Below the pieces are notes generated by a model, which worked only from the letters and a program-made list of their open reading frames with translations, did no database searches and had not been told where the DNA came from. DNA of 64,000 bases, from NCBI GenBank assembly GCA_963664325.2, contig CAXXDQ010000004.1, forward strand, positions 1 to 64,000. Reading direction: 5' to 3'. This DNA is from Desulfomonilia bacterium. GTDB lineage: Bacteria > Desulfobacterota > Desulfomonilia > UBA1062. This document shows, in pieces, positions 44,946 through 55,417 of this stretch. The first letter of the stretch is position 1; each line of letters opens with the position of its first letter. The position numbers and the translations under genes are program-made.

Positions 44946-44990
44946 TTGACAAGCATAATTAATTACCTTACTGTTCGATTGTCGACAATC
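44946..44990 (+). promoter_or_regulatory. Promoter with a palindromic GntR-type operator upstream of the ALDH gene
   Basis: TTGACA-17 bp-TACTGT, then GATTGTCGACAATC at 44977-44990. Confidence 0.7.
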
Positions 44991-45025
44991 TACATTTTGA
45001 CAAATATTACCATGGGAGGTTCATT

Positions 45026-46636
45026 ATGCAAATTGAGAATGAATCCATGCAATCGGATATTCGTTCCAGCAGGCCTGTAACGGAATCTGCCGTATCCCAA
45101 AAGAACTTAAAGGTCACCAATCCGGCAACCGGAGCCACTATCGGACAGGTTCCTTCCTTGAGTGTCATCGAGGCTCAGGGTGCCCTTGTCCGGGTCCATG
45201 ACGCTCAGAAAACCTGGAAAGACCGTTCGATAAAAGAACGTTCCGCTGTCATCAGCCGCTTTGCTGAAGTCCTCTATCGCCGGGTGGATGAAGTCGCCGC
45301 CCTTCTCAGCGCAGAAACCGGCAAACCCCTTTATGAAGCCATGCTTTGCGAGGTCCTGCCGATCATGCACCTTGCCGGCTATTATGCGCGAAATGCCGAA
45401 TTGCAGCTCAAAAAGAAACAAATCTCCATCTCATATTTTAAAAACCGCGCCAGTTATATTCACTACAAGCCACGCGGTGTGGTCTTCATCATCTCACCCT
45501 GGAATTTCCCTTTCACCATACCCTGCGGGGCAGTCATCTGCTCTCTCCTGGCTGGCAACGGGGTACTTCTCAAGCCTGCCTCTCTCACGCCTCTGATCGC
45601 CTTTAAAATGCGTGAACTTCTTCTGGAAGCAGGCCTTGACGAGCATATATTCGAAGTAATATCAGGTCCGGGACGCATGGCTTCCGAATTGATTGAAACA
45701 GGTTCGGATCTAATCGACTATGTCAATTTCACAGGATCTACCGAGGTTGGCAGGACTGTTGCACAACTCTGCGGCACGCACCTCATTCCGTGCTCCATGG
45801 AACTGGGCGGAAAAGATCCTGCTATAGTCTGTGCAGATGCCAACCTTGATCTAGCGGCACGCTCTATCACCTTCGGAGCCTTCTGCAATTCCGGACAGAT
45901 TTGCGCTTCGGTGGAGCGCGTCTATGTCCACAGAGACGTATATGATCCCTTTGTACGCAAATTAAAGGAACGCATAAAAGCCCTGCGCCAGGGCGATCCG
46001 GGTCTGGGCGGTTTTTCGATTGACATGGGGTGCATGACTAGCGCCGAACAGATTCAGATACTGGAGCGGCAGGTGGCGGACGCCCGTGCCAAGGGTGCTC
46101 ATATCATCACAGGCGGCAAGCGCTTTAAACCGAATAGCATGTTCTTCGAGCCGACGCTGATTCTTGACGCAAATGAAACCATGGAAGCCGTTTTTGAAGA
46201 AAGCTTCGGACCATTGCTTCCTGTAATGCCTGTTGATGACGACAATGAGGCTATCAGACGTTCCAACGCCAGTATTTACGGCCTGAGCGCCTATGTCTTC
46301 TCCAGGGACAAAGCCAGGGCGCGTCGGATTGCCGAGCAGTTGCAGGCCGGTACGGTTATGATCAATGATACCATCATCACCCATGCCCTGCCCGAGACAC
46401 CGTGGCAGGGGGTCAAACAAAGCGGTATCGGACGCGTCCATACAGAAGAGGCCCTCAGAGATTTATCCATTGCCTACCATGTGAACTATGACACAATACC
46501 GCTTCCCAAACTCTTTTGGCCGATGTGGACCTGGCCGCCGTATTCAAGTTTCAAGGTCAGGCTTTTCAAGCTTCTCTTCGGCTTTATGGGTCTGAACTCA
46601 GGGATCAGGAGAAAAACAAGTCTGTTGTTGCATTAA
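45026..46636 (+). CDS. NAD(P)-dependent aldehyde dehydrogenase
   Basis: ISPWNFP, FTGSTEVG, ELGGKDP, GQICAS, EESFGP. Confidence 0.95.
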   Translation: MQIENESMQSDIRSSRPVTESAVSQKNLKVTNPATGATIGQVPSLSVIEAQGALVRVHDAQKTWKDRSIKERSAVISRFAEVLYRRVDEVAALLSAETGKPLYEAMLCEVLPIMHLAGYYARNAELQLKKKQISISYFKNRASYIHYKPRGVVFIISPWNFPFTIPCGAVICSLLAGNGVLLKPASLTPLIAFKMRELLLEAGLDEHIFEVISGPGRMASELIETGSDLIDYVNFTGSTEVGRTVAQLCGTHLIPCSMELGGKDPAIVCADANLDLAARSITFGAFCNSGQICASVERVYVHRDVYDPFVRKLKERIKALRQGDPGLGGFSIDMGCMTSAEQIQILERQVADARAKGAHIITGGKRFKPNSMFFEPTLILDANETMEAVFEESFGPLLPVMPVDDDNEAIRRSNASIYGLSAYVFSRDKARARRIAEQLQAGTVMINDTIITHALPETPWQGVKQSGIGRVHTEEALRDLSIAYHVNYDTIPLPKLFWPMWTWPPYSSFKVRLFKLLFGFMGLNSGIRRKTSLLLH

Positions 46637-46749
46637 AAAAGCTCATAGCCGACCCTCCGCTGAATCATCATGGGATCGAGTGCAAAGATTGGACTTATCA
46701 TATTTTCTCGATAATTACTGTGCAGGCCTTGTACCAATTCGCCAGGGTA

Positions 46750-46998
46750 ATGGGATTGAAGGCTGAATTTGTGAGACACCCTGGCAGTGCACATCTTCCA
46801 TGGAGCCTTCATCAGTCACGTCAACTCCCTCGGTTACAGCTTAATATAATTTATGCGGAAAAGCTCGAAGACACGAGACTTAATCCCGGGAAATATCCGG
46901 GATTGGCGGTTAGGACTACCGGCTTCAATGTGTATTTCAACGACCTGCCCGAAGACAGTAAGCTGGAGATCATCTCCCGCACACGGTTGAGAGTATAA
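46750..46998 (+). other. Short ORF carrying a duplicate of the GRE glycyl-radical domain (spare part or remnant)
   Basis: 46837-46998 aligns without gaps to 43702-43863; in-frame ATG at 46750. Confidence 0.6.
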
Positions 46999-47294
46999 TT
47001 AAAACTGGGTTGAACTTTTTATTTTTTACACAAAGTTATAATTTCAATTGATTGTCTGAGAGCAATAATCTCCAGTATTTTCAAGTTTTACAAGAAACTC
47101 TTTCGATATAAATCTATTGGGGAGAAATTCCTTCTCGGTAATCAGATTTATCAAAAGCCCCAACGCTCAACAAGCGGCGTATGCCCTTCTGTATTGTGAT
47201 TAAGGAGCAACACGCCTATACAAGTTTATCATGGTTATGTTATATCATGAATATCTAATATATTAATGAATCTGGAATTACAGGGAGGCTTGCA

Positions 47295-48989
47295 ATGGAT
47301 GATATATATTCTGGGAAGCCGTGGCTGAAATTCTATGATCAGGGGATTCCTCACGAAATCGAGTATCCCTGCATTTCCTATGCGGAATTTATCCGGGATG
47401 CCTTTGATAAATTTCCGGACAGGGTAGCGCTGTATTACATGGGAAAAGGCATAAAATACCGGGAGCTGGATATTCTCTCCAATCAATTCGCCCGTTTTCT
47501 TCTGCAGAACGCCTGTCATTCAGGAGATGTGATAGGCGTTCATCTGCCCAATATTCCAGCCTGCTATATATCCTGCCTGGGGATTCAGAAAGCGGGTTGC
47601 GTATATTCGGGCGTCAGCGCTCTTCTCACCCCGGATGAACTTATTCACCAGCTGAATGATTCAGGAGCAAAGATTGTCGTGACACTCGATCTTCTTTTCG
47701 AAACCCTTGCCAAAGCGATAGGCTATACAGGTGTACATACTGTCGTTGTCGCCTCTGTCGCCGATTTTCTTCCGCCAATTAAAAAAATTGTGGGCAAACT
47801 GCTCAAGAAGATCCCTTCAAAAGATACAGAAGATCTGGCAGGTGTCAGGGTGGTTCGATTCAAGGACGGGTTGAAAGACATGAACAAAGATATTCCGGAG
47901 GTGAAGATAGAACCGGACAAACCGAGTTTCATAATGTATACCGGTGGCACGACAGGGCGTCCCAAGGGAGCGGTGTTGACGCACAATAATTTCGTCCGTC
48001 ATCTTGTCCAGATCAATACATGGCTGGGCCTGAGCATGGGGCAGCACACGACCCTATGTCCTTATCCCCTGTTTCATGTTGCGGGCTGTTTCATAGCCAT
48101 GGGCTGCATCGCCCTTGGAAATTCTTTGATTCTAATACCGAACCCGAGAGACCTCATGTTCATGGTATCCGCCATAAAGAAACACAGGCCCACTTCCGTA
48201 CTGGCAGTGCCTACACTCTATCTCGCATTGATGAAACTGCCGGGATTCCGGGCGCTTGATTTTTCGGGCATCCAGTATTTCCTCAGTGGATCAGCCCCTT
48301 TTCCTCAGGAAAACCTCAGGGAATTTGAGGAACTCGTCAAAGGGAGGCTCATAGAAACCTACGGGCTGACAGAGTCGGTCAGCGTCGTGGCGGCGCCCCC
48401 ATATAATGGCGTCAAGAAAACGGGTTCCGTGGGGATACCCATTATGGATACCGAGGTCAAGATTGTCGATCCCGAGACGGGAGATCCGGTTCCGGCGGGA
48501 GAGCCGGGAGAGATTATTGTAAAGGGTCCGCAGGTTTTCGCGGGGTACTACAACCAGCCCGAGGAGACGGCGTATGCAGTCAGGAATGGATGGCTCCATA
48601 CAGGGGACATTGCGAGAATGGATGATGACGGATACTTTTATATAGTGGACAGGCTCAAGGACATGGTAAATGTTTCCGGATTCAAGGTGTTCACGCGTGT
48701 GGTCGACGAGGTACTGGTCGAACATCCCGATGTGGAGATGGGGGCTACAATAGGCTTGCCTGACCCGAACAGGCCGGGTTCGGAAATCGTCGCTGCCGCG
48801 GTCGTACTCAAAACCGGCCGGCAGAAGAATGAAGATATGAAAAGGGAGATCACGGCGCACATGGAGAAGAAACTTTCGGCATACAAGATTCCCAAGCTGA
48901 TTGAGTTTATGGACCAGCTTCCATTGAGTCCGGTGGGCAAGGTCCTGAAGCGCGATCTGCGGAAGATCATGGAAAGCAGACCGGACTGA
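47295..48989 (+). CDS. Long-chain-fatty-acid/acyl-CoA ligase (FadD-like)
   Basis: YTGGTTGRPKG, YGLTE, WLHTGDI, DRLKDM, VGKVLK. Confidence 0.93.
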   Translation: MDDIYSGKPWLKFYDQGIPHEIEYPCISYAEFIRDAFDKFPDRVALYYMGKGIKYRELDILSNQFARFLLQNACHSGDVIGVHLPNIPACYISCLGIQKAGCVYSGVSALLTPDELIHQLNDSGAKIVVTLDLLFETLAKAIGYTGVHTVVVASVADFLPPIKKIVGKLLKKIPSKDTEDLAGVRVVRFKDGLKDMNKDIPEVKIEPDKPSFIMYTGGTTGRPKGAVLTHNNFVRHLVQINTWLGLSMGQHTTLCPYPLFHVAGCFIAMGCIALGNSLILIPNPRDLMFMVSAIKKHRPTSVLAVPTLYLALMKLPGFRALDFSGIQYFLSGSAPFPQENLREFEELVKGRLIETYGLTESVSVVAAPPYNGVKKTGSVGIPIMDTEVKIVDPETGDPVPAGEPGEIIVKGPQVFAGYYNQPEETAYAVRNGWLHTGDIARMDDDGYFYIVDRLKDMVNVSGFKVFTRVVDEVLVEHPDVEMGATIGLPDPNRPGSEIVAAAVVLKTGRQKNEDMKREITAHMEKKLSAYKIPKLIEFMDQLPLSPVGKVLKRDLRKIMESRPD

Positions 48990-49037
48990 ACCGGACCATA
49001 TTAACTCAGCAAATAAGAAACCGATTAAACTGTACGG

Positions 49038-50153
49038 ATGGACTGTATGGATATGAGTTTTGGAGAACTGGCCGAACGGCGCGTCGAAATCGTCAGGGAA
49101 GAAAAGATGAAGAGCGGCCGTATTGTTATGGGGACATTCTGCTCTTACGTTCCGGTTGAGATCCTGCATTCATTCGACATCCTGCCGATGCGGATATGGG
49201 GCCAGGCCAGTGACGTAACCTTGGCTGACGGCCTGCTTCAGACCTATATCTGTCCTCCGGTGCGTCATCTGATGGCATTGGGCGTAGAAGGCCGATATGA
49301 TTTCCTTGGCGGCATCGTTCATTGCTATACCTGCGACGCTACTTGCGGGCTTTACAATATATGGGTCAGAAATTTCAAACCCGGATTCTCGCACCTTATA
49401 AGCCTTCCATATCTGGCGATCCCGGAGTCGGGGGAATTCGCGGCCGCCGAGTTCATGAACCTTATCGGTAAGATCGAAGGTTTTACTGGAAAAAGATTTT
49501 CTCCCGAAAAAATGGGGCAATCCGTTTTGCTGTATGATGAGGCACGCTCGTGTATCAGGGAGGCATACCATCTGAAGGCGAACGGTGCCCCCATCAGCTA
49601 TACTGATATATATTCCATGAATCTCTGCTTCCAGACACTCCCTGTTGAGATGCTGGCCGCATATCTCAAAGAGTATCTGAAAAAAGCGGCAGGCATGGAA
49701 AAGGATAAAAAGAAAAGGCGCAGGGTCCTGCTCTCGGGGAGCGTCATTTCGGATATGGAACTGATGACATTCATAGAAGATTCCGGCGCCGAAATCGTTA
49801 TGGATGACACCTGCCTCGGGTACCGGCTGGTAAAAGATGCTTATCCCGGCGGCAGAGATGTCATGGGAGATTTTATCGGCTATTATCTCGGACGGACGCC
49901 CTGCTCCTCCCGGTCGGATTTCCCTTCCCGGAAGAGTTATATCCTGGATACGGTCGAGCGGTTCGACATCGATGCGGCGGTCTTCATACACCAGAAATTC
50001 TGCGATCCGCATCTTTCGGATTTCCCTTTCCTCAAAGGAATTCTTGATGAGAAAGATATTCCAAGCATGCAGCTGGAAGTGGAGGGAGAGCGCTTCAATT
50101 CCCGGATGCGGACACGGATCGAAATATTTTTCGAAATGCTGGAGAGCAGGTGA
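49038..50153 (+). CDS. 2-hydroxyacyl-CoA dehydratase / class I benzoyl-CoA reductase family subunit (HgdB/BcrC-like)
   Basis: CSYVPVEI, TCD, DDTCLGYR, QKFCDPH, TRIEIFFEML. Confidence 0.85.
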   Translation: MDCMDMSFGELAERRVEIVREEKMKSGRIVMGTFCSYVPVEILHSFDILPMRIWGQASDVTLADGLLQTYICPPVRHLMALGVEGRYDFLGGIVHCYTCDATCGLYNIWVRNFKPGFSHLISLPYLAIPESGEFAAAEFMNLIGKIEGFTGKRFSPEKMGQSVLLYDEARSCIREAYHLKANGAPISYTDIYSMNLCFQTLPVEMLAAYLKEYLKKAAGMEKDKKKRRRVLLSGSVISDMELMTFIEDSGAEIVMDDTCLGYRLVKDAYPGGRDVMGDFIGYYLGRTPCSSRSDFPSRKSYILDTVERFDIDAAVFIHQKFCDPHLSDFPFLKGILDEKDIPSMQLEVEGERFNSRMRTRIEIFFEMLESR

Positions 50154-51382
50154 TGGAAGAGAAAAAGATATCAAAAAGACTCAAGGCAAATGCGAATCTG
50201 CGCCAGATCATAGCTGACTTTTATGCCGACGGGCACAAGGCTAAGGCCGAGGGCCGTCCGGTGGGATGGATTCCACCGATGAACGGCCTGATCGAACTCT
50301 TCTATGCGATGGACATTCATCCGGTTTTTCCCGAGAACTGGGCCCCATTATGCGCCGCAATAGGTTCCAACATGACAAACTTCGAGCGTGCAGCGAAGAG
50401 GGGTTATTCGAGCGATCTCTGCGGCTATTTCAGGAATAATATAGGTTATGCCCTTGACGGGATAGATGAGCCGAACCAGCCGCTCGGCGGTCTTCCCAAG
50501 CCGGATTTCCTGATTTCGTTCGGTGCGGGCTGCATCCCTACAATGAAGACGTTCCAGATACTGTGCGATCATTATAACGTGCCGACATTCAGGGCCGATC
50601 TGCCGCAGGTGGCTATTGAAGATATAAGGGAACATCACATCAAGTACGGCGTGGCGCAGATAAAACGTCTTATAAAGTTTCTGGAAGATCTGACCGGGCA
50701 AAATCTTGATTTGGACCGCCTCAGCTATGCAGTCGCTTTGACTGATCAGGCATGCAGGATATGGGATGAGATTATGGACATGCGCAGGGAGGTTCCCGCA
50801 CCGTTTTCCGCGGCTGAAATCGGCATCATGTTTGTCATGGTAACCCGCCACGGGACGCAGATTGCAGTCGATTTCCTCCAAGATGTTCTGGAAGAGGTCA
50901 GACAAAAGGTCGCAAGACGCGAAGGCGTTATCCCCAACGAACGCATCAGGCTTTTCTGGGACAACATTCCTCTCTGGTACAACATGAAGCTGTTTAATTA
51001 CTTCGAGAAATGGGATGCGGTCGTTGTTGCAGAAACTTACACCTCGGCATGGACACTGCGCATGGATCCGAGCAGGCCGCTTGAGAGCATTGCATACAAG
51101 ACGCTTGTGTCCTATCCGCTCGTGTCTTGCGTTTCATTGAACAAACGGCTAGAACTCATAAAGAAGGCTGTGAGGGATTACAGTATAGATGGCGCCATCC
51201 TGCATTCGAACAGGAGCTGCAAACCCATATCAATGGGTCAGATGAATATCCAGAAGATTCTCTCTGAAGAACTTTCGGTGCCAAGCATTATGTTCGACGG
51301 CGATCATATGGACGGAGGTAATTTTTCCATGGCCCAGTTTCAGACGCGCATTGATGCATTCATGGAGATGCTTATAAAATAA
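50150..51382 (+). CDS. 2-hydroxyacyl-CoA dehydratase family subunit (HgdA/FldB-like)
   Basis: FPEN, GYSSDLCGY, LPKPDF, HSNRSCK, FDGDHMD, TRIDAFMEML. Confidence 0.87.
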   Translation: MMEEKKISKRLKANANLRQIIADFYADGHKAKAEGRPVGWIPPMNGLIELFYAMDIHPVFPENWAPLCAAIGSNMTNFERAAKRGYSSDLCGYFRNNIGYALDGIDEPNQPLGGLPKPDFLISFGAGCIPTMKTFQILCDHYNVPTFRADLPQVAIEDIREHHIKYGVAQIKRLIKFLEDLTGQNLDLDRLSYAVALTDQACRIWDEIMDMRREVPAPFSAAEIGIMFVMVTRHGTQIAVDFLQDVLEEVRQKVARREGVIPNERIRLFWDNIPLWYNMKLFNYFEKWDAVVVAETYTSAWTLRMDPSRPLESIAYKTLVSYPLVSCVSLNKRLELIKKAVRDYSIDGAILHSNRSCKPISMGQMNIQKILSEELSVPSIMFDGDHMDGGNFSMAQFQTRIDAFMEMLIK

Positions 51383-51810
51383 AGACTCATGCACACCTTC
51401 CTGATTTGATTAATATGAGAGGAATCTTGAAGCCTCGAAAAAATCCCCAAAAAACGAGAAAGTTTTTATGAAATCATTTATACCTATACTACTCGATTGA
51501 TGTAGTGATTGATCAACTAATCCGGTAGCGACTCAAATAGAAACTCAATATTTAGACAATAGAGACGTTTATTATATAATGAATTATTCCAATATATCTA
51601 CGATATATGAAAGCTTTTTAGATTCTTTAAAAGTACATATCCTGAGTTGATATCTATATTGCATCGAAGCATTTACAAAGTATAGATAATGGTGCGCAAT
51701 TTCAACTTTCTGTCAACATATATTAGACCACAATCAGCCAGTTTCCTGGTGCAGGTTCTTAATTTGTAAGGTTGAATAACAGCAAATATATATTCAGGAA
51801 CCTTCTCCCT

Positions 51811-53521
51811 CTAAAACCAGATGGTCTTCTTTATATAATCATTGTAATTTTCAATCTCGGATATTTTCTTTGCATCATCCCAGCCGTAATAACGGGCCAT
51901 TATTTCCGCCACTTTTCCGGCAAGTTCAGCCTGAAGGTAGTGCCATATAGTCCATTGCGATTCGGTCCTGCGGCAAAGGATATCAATGAGCCTCGGGCAA
52001 TTCTCGTATTCAAGGATGAATTCAATTTCGGCACGGCAGACCGGATAGTCTTTCAGTACAGGCTTTCCCGATTCCGGGTCGGATTTAATCTTTTCAAGTA
52101 TATCTATAGCCTGCCTGCCATACTGCAGGTACAGGTATTCGAGCTGGTCAGGCCATGAAAATTTTGCCAGGGCTTTGTTCTTTACTATCTTATCGAAATC
52201 GGCCCGGGTTATGCCGACGACAAAGGGCACCTTAGAAAAACCTGGGTTTGAATATTCCATTTTTGCGAAAGAACCCACATAGCCTCTGTCATGGAGTTTG
52301 AACATAAGTTCTTCGGCCATCAGCCTGTATGTGGTCAGCTTGCCCCCGGCCATGGCAACAACCCCGTCCTTGGTCTCGAATGTCTCGTGTTCCCTGGATA
52401 CGGCCGATTCGCTGGCAGCACCGTCCTGCCTGATCAGAGGCCTGATGCCCGCATATGTCCCGATTATATCCTTATATGTAAGCCCGGCCTTGGGAAACAT
52501 CCTGTTGACAGTTCCGAAAAGGTAATCACAATCTTCTTTGGTACACCAGGGTTCGTCAAGGTTCTTTGACTCCCTGAAATAGTCTGTATCAGTTGTGCCG
52601 ATTACGGACACCTTTCCCCTCCTGAGAACAAAGAAAAACCGGTCGTCGTCAAATGAGCGCAGGCCGAAACCGTTTCTGTTGCCTATCCTTTCATTGGGGA
52701 CAACGACATGCACACCTTTTGTAGGGTATATCTTGGGTATACCGAAATCGGCATTTTTAAGGACTTCATCTGTCCAGATACCGCCGCAGGCAATGACGAC
52801 CTTTCCCTTTACATCATACTCGGAGCCATCAAATGCGTCCTTGACCCTGACGCCGCAGACTTTACCAGTCCCGTTTTTTAGAAAACCTATCACTTCTGAA
52901 TAGTTCAGTGCGCAGGAATTCCCTTTTGAATAATTCAGGCTCTCTTTGATCGTCTCTATCGTAAGTCTGGCATCGTCAATATTCGTATCGTAATAAAAAC
53001 CAGAAATTACGAGTTTCCCAAACGGCTCTATTTCCTGGACATAGTTCGGTTCAATTTTTCTTATGAATTTTGCAAGATATATTTTTGGCCATTTGTAATT
53101 TTTAAACCGTGATTTATAGTCTGATAAAAGGCTGTAGACAATCATCGACAGGATAACCTGCACCGGCCTGTCCTTCCCTTTGGCGAATGCGTTGTAAAAA
53201 AAAACCTATCGGTCTTACCATATTTGGAAAATGATTCCTGAGCCAGTTCCTTTCTGTAGTGGATTCACGTACGAGGTTGTACTCCTTGTTCGACAAGTAG
53301 CGAAGACCACCATGTGCAAGCTTGGATGAACGCGAAGAAGTTCCAAAAGCAAAATCGTTTTTATCAAGCATGCAGAATGTCATGCCCCTCAGTGCAAATT
53401 CCCTGGCAACACCGGCCCCGTTGATTCCCCCTCCGATAATAACGGCGTCGAAATTACCTGAAGCGGCCTGCCTTCTATGCTCTGCCCTGTCTTTTGCACT
53501 CCAGCCCTTGAGTATTGCCAT
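51811..53521 (-). CDS. glpD: FAD-dependent glycerol-3-phosphate dehydrogenase/oxidase, frameshift in a T9 run at 53196-53204
   Basis: IIGGGINGAG, DFAFGTSSRSSKLAHGGLRYL, DDARL, KGVHV, IGTTD, AGIRPL, GGKLTTYR, spread over two ORFs. Confidence 0.88.
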
Positions 53522-54033
53522 TTTAACCTCCGGAAAAATTAAGTTTGTATTAGTCCTGTACTATGTTCAGGGCAGTAATGAAGCCCTTATAATACCAGGA
53601 GTTTACCTAAATGTCCGTATCTGTACCCCTGACAGGATATAATTGCCAGCCGAATCTATTGAATTGAAGACCCATATCATAACTGGCAATAACAAACCAC
53701 TTTCCGGTTTTTGAATCCCTGTCTGTACTGATTACAACATGATCTGTAGTCTCTTCTTTGCCGCTGCTGACATATATCAAATCTCCAATTTCAAGCTTGC
53801 CTGTCATATTATCGAAATCGGGTTTGAACATTCGGCTTGTTATTATCTTAACTTTATTGCTGCATTCTTAATATCCATCCCGATGGCAACAGGTTGATAA
53901 GAGATTATGCAGACAGAGCTCCTTTCAATATCGCTGCAAATCAGATTGGCCGCCATCATGATGAAAATGAAGCCCAGCCCAGGCATATTTTCATTAAGGC
54001 GTATCCTCACGCTGCAAGCTCTTTTGCAGAAAA

Positions 54034-55368
54034 TCAATGCCTCATATCTTCGGCCTTTTCATCCATCAGCCTCTTAAGGGTCTGTTCGTCTTTAGGGAAT
54101 GTAAAAACCATAAGGACCTGCAGCAGGCCGCAGAGTATCCAGAATGAATTGGCAATATTGAATGCCATAATTCTTCCGAATGCGACGATAAACAGACTTA
54201 TTATGTAAGGACCGAACCCCTGCCCGAGAGAGTCTGTTAGATTTGACAAAGATAGTATCGATCCCCTGGTCTCGGGTGAATTAACATCAAGGGTAATGGC
54301 TTTCATGTTAGGAGCGGGAAGTATGACAGTAAAACCTGTTATTACTGCCAGGATAAGCGGCACAACCATGCTCGGATTATGAACACCGACCTGTGAGGGA
54401 TAATTTAGAAGTAACGCCATGGGTATGACCCCTGTCAGGCATGAGAATCCCACGAACAAGGGCAGGTATCTGGGATTTTTATTATAAATCTTGTTTCCGA
54501 TAAGGCCTCCGACAAATGAACCGGCAAGTGTCGCCGCTCCTCCTGCCATAACGATAAGCGTTGCGGTTTCAACGGAGAAACCCTTGTCCTGGGCGTAGAA
54601 ATCATTGAGATAAATAAAAAAGACACCCCAAGGAACGCAACCCGGGATACCCTGAATAAGCACAAGGATATTTGTCTTTATTTTAAAGATGTTTTTATAA
54701 AGTGCCAGGTTGATTTTCCCGGTATATACGGATCCGCTTTCTATAAGTTCCTTGAGGCTTTCTTCGGCTATGCCCCTTGGCGGTTCCTTTACAAATATCC
54801 AGAATATGAAGACGAGAATGAAATTGGGTGCGGCAACAAGAATAAAAGGCAGGCGCCAGCCGTATTCAGAACCGATGAAACCAGCAAGAAGCTGTCCTAC
54901 CGCCACACCCATGCCCTGCACAAGCGTGATCCAGGCTGCAGCCGTTGCCCTGTTGCGATGGGAAAAATAATCGCCGATAAGGGAAAAAGTTATAGGTATT
55001 GCCCCGCCAATACCTATGCCCGTGAGGGCTCTCAGCCAGAAAAGCTGTTCATAGTTCCTTGCAAATCCTGTCAGAATGCATGGAATTTCTCCAACGGCTA
55101 CAACACCTATGAACAGCAGCTTGCGGGACACCCTGTCAGTAAAATATCCGATTATCAAGGTGATGAAAGCTCCGAGCACCCAGAAAACAAGGGATATATC
55201 GCCTCCCAGCTTTACATCCCGCTCGACCGCGTTGAAACCGAAATCATGGGCTATCTGGGTAAGGTTCGGTGCCATGAGGTTCTGGTCTGCGAATATGAAC
55301 AGGTTGATAACCGCCAGAAGAATAATGGCAAAAAGCTCATTTTTCTTAAAAGATGATTCAGCAGGCAT
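54034..55368 (-). CDS. MFS transporter (Spinster-like)
   Basis: About 12 TM segments, FADQNLMAP, GYFTDRVSRK, LIGDYF, WRLPF. Confidence 0.9.
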   Translation of the reverse strand: MPAESSFKKNELFAIILLAVINLFIFADQNLMAPNLTQIAHDFGFNAVERDVKLGGDISLVFWVLGAFITLIIGYFTDRVSRKLLFIGVVAVGEIPCILTGFARNYEQLFWLRALTGIGIGGAIPITFSLIGDYFSHRNRATAAAWITLVQGMGVAVGQLLAGFIGSEYGWRLPFILVAAPNFILVFIFWIFVKEPPRGIAEESLKELIESGSVYTGKINLALYKNIFKIKTNILVLIQGIPGCVPWGVFFIYLNDFYAQDKGFSVETATLIVMAGGAATLAGSFVGGLIGNKIYNKNPRYLPLFVGFSCLTGVIPMALLLNYPSQVGVHNPSMVVPLILAVITGFTVILPAPNMKAITLDVNSPETRGSILSLSNLTDSLGQGFGPYIISLFIVAFGRIMAFNIANSFWILCGLLQVLMVFTFPKDEQTLKRLMDEKAEDMRH

Positions 55369-55417
55369 AATATTTCCTCCTGATTATTGCATTTGAAAAT
55401 GCTACAAAAGCAATAAC

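Noticed and set aside
48291-50174. Long antisense ORFs of 292 and 334 aa, and other short antisense or overlapping ORFs in the track
   Set aside because: They shadow well-supported genes on the other strand or frame and carry no recognisable motifs.
53607-53831. Possible NlpC/P60-like fragment (GDLIYV...DHV)
   Set aside because: Too short, with no catalytic Cys region; not supportable without a search.
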